A stretch of 63,298 nucleotides of DNA, filler included, from Reticulomyxa filosa (GCA_000512085.1; 19 parts of 19 records of this genome joined end to end with filler, not necessarily neighbours in it), one strand, 5' to 3'. Shown: positions 24,617 to 36,315, counted from the whole stretch's first letter. The notes: generated from the letters alone by a model not told the origin. Numbers and translations: made by a program.

Positions 24617-27084
24617 TTACACATTGTTTTTTGTCAAAAGGATAAGTAAAAGACCAAGATGATGGTCACGAGTAATGTGACAGGAAAACTGGCTAAAATC
24701 TGCAACGGTGTGCAAATACTTGACATTGTCCAAACTTAGAGGGAGTTGCAAATATAGCTGATGAAGTTGACTTTCTCCAAATCCTTTGAGTACTCCAAAT
24801 ACTTTGTCGTCAAAATCCTCCTTTTCTTCATCCGCAGCTTTGCTTATTGTTTCAAAATGAGTTGACAACTCCGAAACTTTCTCCAATTGCAACGAAAAGC
24901 GTTTCAAATATCTGTTGTCGCTTTCAAACAACTCTTCCAAAAATGTATAGAGTCTGTCCAAATCAAATGGAATATTCAAATGCACTGGCTCTAGGAACAC
25001 CACGGTCATTTCTTCAATGAACAAATATGAGTTATATACAATACATTCTTTCAAAGCGGAAAGCACGCTCCGAACTTTTATGGCTGCAGGGAAGCTTACA
25101 TGCAACGACCTCAGCGAAGATAAAGCGATGCTATTGCCAAAAGAATCAGAGTCAGTTGCATCCGCACATTTTTTCAAATGCCACAAAAAGCCAAATGCAT
25201 CAACGTTGGTTTCGATACATGACAATTGATTCATATCGTTGGTAATGACAGTCTCTAAAATTTTGTTCCATGATAAGTTGTCTTCAATTAGTCTTGCCGG
25301 CAGTTGCAAATAGTCCCCGGAATGAACCACTTCATTGCTTGTGTTTACTATCAGAGTTTGCAAACTTGGAGCCATTTGAAGAAGATGCACCACATTGCTT
25401 TTTACATCATCAAATTTTACTGCGAATCTTTAGAAATGCATATATATATGCATATATGTACATACATATATATGTATACAATCGAATGTATAAAACAAAC
25501 CATATAATAATAATAACTTGAATTACAAACCTATAATAAATTTTCAAAGTCTCGAGACTCTGAAAAAAAATTTTCGAATTGGACGTAAAAGTTTGAGGAG
25601 AAGATAAGTCGAGTACTAATTCTTGCAAGCCGTTGAAAAAGGAGAGAGCCGTTACTTGTGTGATAGTGCTCCACTGCCAACACGACAGGCGCAAGAGATG
25701 AGTGCATAGATTGATAGAAAAGGGCAAGGTGTTTGTTTTGACTACGAGTTCTTGCGCCAAGGCAATGGGCTCGCAAATTTGTGTCAACGAATGGGTCATA
25801 TCAAATGTTGCGTTTATCACAAATGTTGGCACTCGGATCTGTGTCTGTTGCAATAGAGTGCACATAAGCTCATACGCCTTTGCACCTTTATACATATATG
25901 TACATATATTTATATAATATATTACACCATTGCATTTTTTTTTTTTTCCTTGCAAACTTTTTTCTTATATCCCTCTAAAAATCACAAGTTCAACTCAACT
26001 TGTGGGAACACGATAAGTAGGAGCTTTCCAATATTCGAGTATAGAACGGGTAATAGCTCGTTCTCTGTTTTCTATTTTATGGAGTGGAGAAAAGAATTGG
26101 AGCCAAGAGATGCATATCTTTAACTGCCCTCTAGTAAACGATGAGGTTTGCAGCGTTTCGGTAAACACGCCCGAGAATATAACTTTTTGGAGCGAATTGC
26201 GACAGATTTGGAGCAAAGCGCCAAGCAGCTGACAAAAGACAGATTTCCCAAAAAAACGTCGCTTGGTAGCACTCGCTGTCGAATTCAATCAACTTCACGT
26301 GTTGAAACCGCCACAAATCGTCTCTTGCAGATTTGACCAATGGATCAATATTTATCATTTCGCGCAATAATTCTGGCGCGTCTTCTTCTTTTCCCTCCAC
26401 GAATGCTGTTATTTTATCGACTGTTTCTCGGACTCGCTCTGGTAGTATTTTCTCTTGATCCCAAACTCTATATGACACACTCCATTTCGGAAATTTACTG
26501 CTGTCCTTTTCGATATTACTGTCATCTGGTAACGATTCTTTGTACAATTCCAACAAATTTTTGGCCGTAAGTGATGCCAGTTCCATTTTCACTGACTCCC
26601 AATTCATTCTTTCTTTCTTGTCTGTTCAACAAAATTTGTATACGTATGCTTCTTTTTTTTTTTTTTTTTTAATTTTGTCTTTGTGGAAAAGTTTCAAACC
26701 TTGCAATGAAATTTGTGGACTCAGAAAACGCCTGACAAATCTTTGGTTGATACACACTTGATCAATACTTAAAGGCTCCAAACACAATTGCTTCAGATCT
26801 CTGTGCACTTGAGGAATCACTTTGCACACTGCCTCAAAATTCAGAAATCGCAATACGTGACACAGCACATGAGTTGGAATGTCTAACAGTGTTATTCGCT
26901 TTACCGGCAACATTCTGGGAAAACTCGTTTTTTCATCATTCTCTTTGTTTTGTCGTTTTGTTTTAATCACAAAAGGCGATGCTTTTGCCAAAACCCAAGA
27001 CGGTTGGTTAGTCTGACGTCGATTATACTTTTCTTGCTGTTGCAAGCGATATTGTTGCAACTGGCTCTGGAATGACATGATCAC
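24617..27084 (-). CDS. F-box protein with LRR-like C-terminal region, multi-exon
   Basis: F-box LLDIPTHVLCHVLRFLNFEAVCKVIPQVHRDLKQLC, followed by LxxLxL units (LQELVL, LETLKI, LQTLIV, LRSLHV, LKRFSL, LHQLYL). Confidence 0.8.
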
Positions 27085-27949
27085 TAATGACTCGCACAGA
27101 TAATGCTTCAGGCTTCAAAGACAAATTTTTTTTACCTTTATTGATGTTATGTCCTGTTTGAGATTGAACGCTTTAAATTTGGAAATATATGATACATTTA
27201 AAAAAAATATTCAATTTTATTGCTCAATATAACTCCTTAAAAAAAAATCAAAGTGTTAATGACTCCATTTAACATTAACACTTCGTCGTGTGTATTTTGC
27301 AAACTTCTTATGCTTAGTACTGTTTAGAAAGCAGCAATTCTTGTACTCGTATACCTTTTGATGGCATCAAATAGTATATAATCGTCAACAAGCGAGGGCA
27401 TGACAGCTAAAACTCCAAAACTTTGGGGACAGCTTAAAAATAAAAAAAATAAGAATAATAAGAATAATAATTTTGAAAGCAACTAAAAAATTTAGAACAC
27501 TGGTCGTTATCACTACAAACAGGACATAACAAGGAAGATGTGGATATATTTTTTGACAGCAGGTTATGTATTCCACAAAGAGCAAAAAGGTTGGTAGAAG
27601 CAATATTGGACATACATTAATTGGACTTGCCAACAGATTTGTGTTTACTAATTGTGGACTACGAAGATCATAGAAAAATTTACATATGATACATAATGTA
27701 AAGTTATTCCCAACGTTATATACATTTATTGCTTATTTATGTCAAGATATTACGTTTGGTATTGGATGGATGGTACTTACTTTATTTGTTTTTTCAGGTT
27801 ATTATATACAATACATATATTTATCTATTTATTTATTTTTAAAAATTAAAATACTTATTTATTTATTTGTTTATTATAATTGGCATTATTTTTATTTTGG
27901 CGTAATCAATTTTATTATCGTTATGTACCTGTTGTTGGAAGCAAATTAA

Positions 27950-28520
27950 TAGATTGGTATGCCTGTTCAATGTTGGCATGGAATCGTAGACACAGTACAA
28001 ATAAAAAAGAAGAAAATAAGGGTGACGATGATATAGAAATAACAAAAAAGAATAAATAAAACATTGGTTAGATAAATTAAAAAAACATGAACAAGTATGC
28101 TCCACTTTAATCAATCAACTCACTCCAAAGTATTCTGAAATGAAACCATTTATGGCTGGAATATTATATGGTAATATTGAAAATAAAAAAGAGCCATCAG
28201 GATCAGGTTTATTATATTTTTGGAAATTGTTGCATTCATCGCCATGCATTGTTTGGATGCATACAAAGTGGACATAAATAGTTCATTTCTTCCACGTTCA
28301 CTCCAAACGTGTCATACAGCGCTTATTCATTCGTTCAAGTCATTACTTATTGATTGGATCAAAGTTGATAAAGATAAATGCGTTTACGATGTATTACTCA
28401 AACAGATCCTGAATAGACCATTGAACAATATAATGAAATTGTATTTACTCAGTTTTCAATATCTTCTTCATCATTCTGATATTCATTTATGAGTAATGCA
28501 ATTACTGCACAATCACAATG
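27950..28520 (+). pseudogene. Relic of the post-NACHT region of a NACHT/HEAT-repeat family
   Basis: HEQVCSTLINQLTPKYSEMKPFMAGILYGNIENKKEPSGSGLLYF, then a shift, then WKLLHSS and CLDAYK..HSFKSLLIDWI. Resembles a foraminiferan NACHT-HEAT family as I recall it; many lesions. Confidence 0.5.
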
Positions 28521-28859
28521 TCTTATAGACTTTTCTGGTGTCCATCCATTAAAAAAAAGAAAAAGGTTATTTAATGCTGTCTCTAAATAGGCATGTGTGT
28601 CACAGCTACAAAAACATTTTGAAACCAAAAGTGATAAGCTCCTGTGGGGAAATGATTGGTAATCATTGGAGGTGGTACTGTGTCAGACATTGTAACCACA
28701 CTGATATTCAAACAAATGAAAGATTAGTAACAAAATGTTGCAAAAGGGAAAACCCTTTTTCAAGTTTACAAAAGTATTGTGGTCGACAATTACAAATACT
28801 GAAAAAATACAGTGTTTTTATCTATAATCATAATATTAGTTTGGTTTTAAAAAAATTGT

Positions 28860-29081
28860 TGTAGGACAAGTCACTACTATAAATACTTGAACACAAATGG
28901 AACTGAGGAATCCCCAGTAAGCTAAACTTCCTCAACCAACTACTTCCTTGCTTTTCTTACTTCCCTTTTTGTCGTTTTGATTTATTATTTAATTTACTTT
29001 GTTTTACTGAAAGTCAATCTCATTCGAGTAAAACCCTTTCGTATTACATTTAGTGTAGCTCTTCGCAGTAGACTCCCCACA
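28860..29081 (+). mobile_element. Solo LTR-like/MITE-like element (~222 bp)
   Basis: Starts TGTAGGAC, ends CTCCCCACA and is flanked by the direct repeat TTGT (28856-28859 and 29082-29085). Has an internal TATAAATA. Related copies at 4750, 7632, 14890-15078, ~31920-32138 and a CTCCTACA end at ~8418. Confidence 0.65.
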
Positions 29082-29339
29082 TTGTTATTGTTTTTCGCTT
29101 TACAAAAAGACATATGTACTGTTTTTAATCACAGTAAGTATTGATAAAGAAATTTTAATCGATATACTTATATAATATGCAACGAATTACATTGAAATAG
29201 CTTTTTGGACAACATTCCGTTTTGTTGGACCGATTGAATATAGTGGAGTAAAAATTTTAAAAAACGTTGCTCTTCGACTTACACGAAAGAAAGGGAATGA
29301 AAAGCTAAGAGTTTTCAATTAAAATGAAATGTTTGGAAT

Positions 29340-31566
29340 ATGCAAGTTCTGTTGACGACATGTTTAATCCATTTAAAAACGAAGAAATTAAATCCGAATC
29401 TCTTAGGAGTTACAAAAGATTCAGATGTATATGAAAAAAGGGGAGACTTGGGGTTGAGAATTCGAGACCTTTTGGAAAATGTCGAAACAAGCATCAAAAA
29501 AAAAAATAATGTAAAAACATGTGAAGTTTGTATCATAGGTGGTGGTATCTCTGGTTTGACAGCGGCCGAACATTTGTCAAAATCAGGAAAATTGAAGAAC
29601 GTGGTGCTGTTAGAGGCGAACCGACGTTTAGGTGGCAGGGTCCGTGGTGAGAGATTAAAAGTATATGATGATATGAACGATTTGTCGAAAGTGAGCCATG
29701 TAATGGTGGACGTTGGTGCTTCATGGTTACATGGTTTGAATCAAGAGTCCAATGACACTTTCATTCATTTCTTACAAAAGAGCGGGATAGATTTTTCTCA
29801 AACCCAAATGACATTTTACCCTTGGCCAGTGACATTGTTTTCTCCAGACGAGCAAATGCCTTGCGACTACCAGCCATCGAACGAAAGCATGGTGGTACAC
29901 TCAAAGACGATACACCCGTTGCTGTTCAATTCGAAAAGTGCCACCACGTTCCGTCCGAGTGGGTTGTACATTAGTCCATCTTATGGTAAGGCATACGATC
30001 GCGTGCATATTTTCCACGACAAAAACCCCGTCGCAAACTCGGCTAATTTGAATCCTATTGACTTTGTCCGCAAAGCTAAACGACACTATTTTGACACTGT
30101 GTATTCGCCCGTCACCGTCAATTCGAAAGATTCTACACCAAAGCAAGGTACCCCTTTTTTCCCCTCACCTCCCTCCCAAAAAAATTTTTTTTTTTTTTTG
30201 CACCCCCCCCCTCCTGTTCGCGGTGATGCGAAAGTAATAAAAAAATAAATAAAAAAAAAAAAAAGAAGTGCAAAGAAGAAAAGGAAAAAGAAAAAGAAAA
30301 AGAAAAAGAAAAAGAAAAAGAAGAATGGAAATTGGATGTGTCAAAGTTGCCGGAGAGCACGGTAAGTTATGAGACGTGGCTACATTCGGAAATGAGGAAA
30401 GTGGAACCGAATGTGAAGGAGGAGTATGCGAAGCTGTGCGTGCTGTGCGAAGATGTGGTTCGTTGCAAGGAAGAAGGAGGAGATATTGACAAATGTTCGA
30501 TTCGCGACACATGTTTGTGTGACGAGCACTGGGATTACGGTTCTCATTTTTGTAATCTAGTCGGGCAATTCAGCAAAACGATTACCTTTTTGGAATCCCA
30601 AATTGCAAAGACAAACCAACAACAGCAACAGCAACATAAAATTGCTGACGAAGCAAAAATTCATGGTACCGAAATTCAATTGAATTCCAAAGTCTGTTGC
30701 ATTGACTATTCGTTTGAAAAAGAGAAAGACTGGATTGTAATTACATACAAAAAAGAAGGGAAGAAAAAAAAAAACAAAGCGTCACAAATGACGTTGCATT
30801 GTAAATATGTGATCATTACAGTCCCTTTGCCGATCTTGCAAAATGCCACCAAGTTTCGGTTTGTTCCGGAATTGAGCGTCCAAAAACGCAATGCCATCAA
30901 TCGCCTGTGGGTTTGCAAAGCTTGCAAACTGTTTGTACAAATCGTTTCGTCCAAAAAAGATGATTTGTGGCCGTTTGATGGCAAGACAAAAGTGGTCCAT
31001 TTGCGCTCGGTCATTCACCCCGATGACTTTACCACTGTTGCCGGACACACGATGCCGACCATTAGTGAAATGGAGTTTTTATTATGTCCGAGGATCCAAA
31101 CTTTGGAAAAACAGGACGACAAAACGTCGTCCAATCCATGCGTGGTGTTGATGTGTTGCTTCATTGGCACGCATGCCTTACAATCCATTGATTTTGTTGC
31201 CAAATTTGGTCAATCCAAACTGGCCGAACAAGTTGTCGCTTTTGTTCGTCAAATGTATGGAGTTGATCATATCTCCACCGGCAACTACATGTTTTGGAAT
31301 TGGGACTCTGTCGACTCCGTACAATGTGGATATCACGCACCGGTCTCATTTACTGTCGAGTCGGCTCATGAATTGCAATCTCCTATCTTGGATCGCATCT
31401 TCTTTGCTGGAGAACATACGGTATTCTTAATGTTGTTTTTTTTTTGAAAGGTCTAATGTCAAACTTACTGCTTAAATACATAAAGGTGGAGTCTTTTCCT
31501 GCTGTGCAAGAAACAATGAAAACTGGACGAAAAGCTGCGGAGCAATTACTCCATATCGTGGGTTAA
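29340..31566 (+). CDS. Flavin-containing amine oxidase (PAO/MAO/LSD1 catalytic-domain family), multi-exon
   Basis: IIGGGISGLTAA, LLEANRRLGGRV, VDVGASWLHG, VIITVPL, IFFAGEHT and last exon TGRKAAEQL. Start position uncertain. Confidence 0.92.
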
Positions 31567-31918
31567 TTATAATTGAAGTTTTTTCTTGTTGTTGAACGAG
31601 TTCCCAAGGAAAAAAAATCTACAATGTCTTTATTTTTTTATTTTTTAAAAAAATAAACTTTCATATAGATCGTTTCACATACAAGTCTGTTTTTCTCTTT
31701 ATTTGATGATTCCTCGGATTGAGTTTATACATTTTACTATTTTGATATTTTTTTATTCTTTCGCCGTTAAAGGGCTAATATGTAAATAGCATCTCAATAT
31801 CTTTGCAGTTTTTTTTATATCAAAAAGAATAGTCCTCTTCCAGTTCCACTTATATTGTGCAATAATTGCAAAGTTAAATTCTAGTCAAAAAAAAGACAAT
31901 GTATATGTCTACATTGGT

Positions 31919-32138
31919 GTACAGTACTCGTGCAGGTCAACTTGTTGACTACAAGGTTCCAGGAGAACGAACCTCCTTTTCTCAAAAACGTATTTACCCT
32001 CACTTCTCTTTCTTTTGTTTAGTTTCTTTTTGTTATTTAATTTTAATTTTGTATTTTATTGAAAGTCGCTCTTTTGAACAGCTTTCGTATTACTTTTCGT
32101 GCAATCTGGCACTCTTTCCAACACCGGTAGTTAAAACA
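31919..32138 (+). repeat. Diverged TG...CA repeat copy upstream of the PIWI gene
   Basis: Shares TTTAATTT..TTTTATTGAAAGTC...CTTTCGTATTAC with 28975-29048, and a GTTAAAACA end with the 4750-4923 copy. Confidence 0.5.
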
Positions 32139-32641
32139 GATGACGCGTCCATATTCTTTATCTATTGCAAATTTCATCAAAAATATAACATTTCTGCGAT
32201 CTCAGCAACATTTAGACTTTTCAAGCTAAAATGATAACTTTGAATGTCAAAGTAACAAATAAATCAATTATTAAATCTATTTTTGACATCAATTGCATTT
32301 TGGCTGTGCTAACAAAATTTTTTTGAAAATTATATGATTACTTTTTTTAGCTTTAGAGTTTATTTTCACGTATTACTTCTTGCGGTAGCAAAGTAAACCA
32401 GAATTAACATATCTGCTTAATAAAAGAAACAAAAAAATTCAGAGCTAGGAAAACTGTAGTTTAGAAGATAAAGAAATAAATTAAAACAAAACAAAAAAAA
32501 AGCAATGAGGATGTTTTTGCAGAGTTGTACCTGATCATTTTGATGTTTACAATTTTGAAAATGAATCTTTAGAGCTGGAAACAACCTTTTCAAAAAAAAA
32601 AAGTTGTCGTAGTTCTGTTTAAAAAAGAAGTAAAAAAAAAT

Positions 32642-35600
32642 ATGAGTTTTGCTGGTCGTGGACCAAGAGGTCGAGGCCGAGGACAAGGCCGAGGACAAGG
32701 AAGAGGACAAGGAAGAGGACGAGGACGAGGGGGTGATACAGGCAGAGGTGGAGGCCAAGGAAGAGGAAGAGGAAGGGGAAGAGGACGAGGAAGAGGCCGT
32801 GGTGAAAGTGCAAGAAGAGCCCAGCACAGATTTCACGACAAAGCAAGCCAAGCGTTAATGCAAGAAGTTGAAAAATTAAACCCAGATGTACCTGGAGTTC
32901 GTCCAGTCAAGTGTTGGATATTCGACAATGTTGAGTAAAGAAAAAAAATGCAAAACAGTACCTTAATTTTTTTTTTTTTTTAAATCTCGACCGACTCAGT
33001 CCTTTGAAATTTTATACGTAGACCCCATGGGTAAAAGCAGAGTCATTAACAAAAGAATCATTTTATTACTACAACCGCGAAACAAACACAAGAAATGACA
33101 CCATTCCATCAGAATTAAATGGAAAGACAGGACAACTGTGTTACGAAGAGCACAGAGCAAAATTTGAAGAGCGCCCATCTCGTTTTGGAGAGGAAAGGAT
33201 GAAACGAATACAGAATGTTGTAACAAATTCCTTCATCGTGACGGGAGAAATGCTCACTATCCCAATTGCACATTATTTGGTGACATTTGATCCAGACATT
33301 GACCCAAGGGATTTGGCCTTGAGGCAACAAATTGTTATTGGGACAGATAGGTTTGCTGAAAACACTTTTTTTTTTTTTTTTTTTGTGCATACGTACACTT
33401 TATACGCACACTCAAAAAAAAAAAAAAAGGAAAAGTCAAATGAAGAACGATAAAATTTTAAGAGATGCTTTTGATAAGTATGTATTTGATAATCACGCAT
33501 TATACGCTTTTGGCAAAAAGTCATACCCTCCAAAAGTACAATTAGATTTGTCACCACGAAGTTTTGCCTTTTTTTTTGTTTCTTTTTTTTTTTTTTTACG
33601 AGAGGTACAAGCTGGAGTGAAAAAATAAAATGTACAGACAAAGTTACATTTGTATGGTACGATTCATTGTACATTAATTCCCCGGAAATGACAACAGATC
33701 AGCAACAGGCATTGCTGAATATTTTTAATCGACGAATCATGCAGGAGTGTGGCCTGACGAGGATTTCAAGGGGATGGTTTTTGGGAAGACAGAGCGCAGA
33801 CCTGTCGAGCATGAAACCAATCGATGTTGATGGTTGTCGAGTATTACAAGGCTTTGAGGTAATGTTTTCCAAAAAAAACTGTCACTCTATCTCTTCCAAA
33901 TTTTTTTATCTTGTCTTATCTTACTTTTTTTTTTTTTTTTTTTTTTGTTGTGTGACAAAGTGCTCCGTGCAAGTATTGTCCACATCAACGAAAGCACCAC
34001 AAAGTGCAGTCTTTAAAGCTGATACAATATCCAAGTTAGTGTCTCGTGACACCGTTCATGACATGATTGAAAATGAATTTAATCAGTTTAATTTTAATTC
34101 ATCGGACGTTCAAGAGAGAATCAGAAAAAAGCTTAAGGACCGCTATTTCTGCGTAACGTATAGTAGACAAACGCAGTTAATTGACGACATTGATTTTTCA
34201 CAAACTGAAAACTCAACTTTTCAACTTAAAGTTAAGTTAACACCAAAACAAAGATTTTTTTTTTTTTTTTACATTTAAAGACAGTTCTACCAATGTTACG
34301 TATTGCATGAACAGACTGGCGATAAAATTAGTTACGCTAAATATTTGGAAAATGCGTACAGAATTGCAAGCCCACAGAAAGAGAAATTTGTCATCAAAGA
34401 TAACAAGGGTATGCGTTTGTTTGGTATTTTTACATTTTTTCCCTTTTTTTTTTTTCCTCTCATTTATGCATCACAAGATTTTTTTCAAAAAAAAAAAAAA
34501 TAAAATAGGCAGATGTTTTTTACCCCAGCATGTGCAACTGACATTGAAGTCAGACGATGTGGAAGACTATACACAAATATTGGAAAAAACCACGGCCCCA
34601 ATCCAAGACCGCCTTCATCGCATTGACGGATTGGTGGAGGTAATGCGCAAAACGGGTGAACGAATTGCCAGTAAAAGCAAAAAAAGGACCGAACCAGAGA
34701 TCCAAGAAAAAGAAGAAAAAAAAGAAGTAGCTGTCATGGAAACTTTTCCATTCAAAATTGATCCCAGGCCTATCCGGGTAAATGCAGTGCAATTGCAGTA
34801 CCCAAATATAATTTATATGACCAAAGATTACGATGACCCAATCAAAACAAGCGTAACAAATATTCAGTGGGGAAGAAGCGGGGGAGGCTACATTGGGGGT
34901 ATGGTGCCGTTAAGAAACTGGGCGATTGTGGTGAACAGCAAGGACAATTACGCAGACAACCAAATTGCAAACATTGAACGAGGATGGAATTCGTTTGTTG
35001 CGTCACGTGGTTTGCCAGAAAGTTCAGTGGCGAACCCCAGCGTTCTGCGTATCGATTTTGGTAACATTGACGGCTATCGTGCCATCCTTCAAAAAGCATA
35101 TCAACTGGTAATACTGGCATTGCCAGAAAAAGAAATTGGGTCGCAATACAAGTCACAATTTACTCGAATTTTGCAGTCGGACAAAGCAAGTAACAAAGCT
35201 TGTCTAATTCAATGTTTGTTGGGAAGAAACGCAAGTGATCCAAATGTTATTAAAGGAAGCTTCGATGCCATAATGGCAAAGATTGGAAATGTGCTTTTCC
35301 AAATTGATCCAAACCTCCCTAATGGGTCAAAGGTGATCAATATGAACAAAACATGGTGTGTAGGAATGGAGTTATCACACAGAGCAGAAAAACCTAGTGC
35401 AATTATACTCGCACTAAGTACGGCCCCATTAGAGGGAAGCCTTAGATCGTGGCACTTTACAACGCATTTAAATCCATCAAGAAAAGATGTAATTACATTA
35501 GAAGCTGCATCAACTTTGATGTTTGACGCATTAAAAATGGCCGTTGAAAATGTCGGATCAAGAAATTTACCAGAAAATATTATTTTTTTGCGAGGGGGGA

Positions 35601-36315
35601 TGCCAGATAATCGATTACACGAGCTTTATTCCAAAGAAGTGGTAGGGGTTGCAAGAGGGATCAACCGATTTAAAGGCCTTTTCGAAAAAACAGACGAAAA
35701 CGTTAAAAAATGGAAATGTAAGCTTACCTATGTGGTAAGATGCAAAAATGTCTTAGACCGATTCGGACAACTGCAAGAAGGGGGAAGAGTTGGCCCAATT
35801 GAATCACCTGCCGTCATTTTCGACGGAGTAACATCAGAAAGGTATGTTGTGATACAGCAACATAAACAAAAAAAAAAAGTTACTAACAATATACACAGAT
35901 TTTGGGATTTTTACGTTTGGCCGTATCATTTAAAAAAAGAAGAGTCAAAAACTAGACCATCTCGTTACGTGGTGCTAAGAGATGATATTGGTTTGGCCAA
36001 GAAAGGAGGAACATTTGATTTGTTCCAATTGATTTATTCGCTGTCTTACACATATGTGTTCTCAATCCCATTCCCACGTTATAGTTTTTTTTTGTACAGT
36101 GGTTTGCCCTTTTTTTTTTTAGAAAGTGTTGTTTGAAAACAGTGGGCCCAACAGCATCACCCGGACCATTGCAATATGCAAAGCATTACGCGGAAAGGTT
36201 TTCGCAAATGATTTTCAAGGCAGATAAGTCAATCGACATGTTAAAGCGAAGCAATAAGTTAATCAACCAACCGCAAGTCTCGGTGCCTGTGCAAGATAAC
36301 GAAACTACAAATTAA
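32642..36315 (+). CDS. piwi: PIWI-clade Argonaute, predicted non-slicer, with RG/RGG tail and WW-like domain; 9 exons (approx. 32642-32929, 33022-33350, 33430-~33535, ~33603-33858, 33961-34230, 34315-34408, 34509-35841, 35899-36077, 36143-36315)
   Basis: N: RPSRFG..VVTNSF..HYLVTFDP, YVFDNHALY. L1: LLNIFNRRIM..LTRISRGWF, VLQGF. PAZ: SKLVSRDTV, VTYSRQTQLIDDIDF..NSTF, ISYAKY. MID: NWAIV, LVILAL..QY, IQC, AKIG. PIWI: CVGMELSH, IIFLRGGM, WDFY, TRPSRYVVLRDD, LIYSLSYTY, SPGPLQYAKHYA. The exon 3/4 junction phase is unresolved. Confidence 0.93.

Noticed and set aside
32417-32858. Poly-Glu ORF (32649-32858) and antisense poly-Ser ORFs
   Set aside because: Shadow frames of the PIWI RG-repeat exon.
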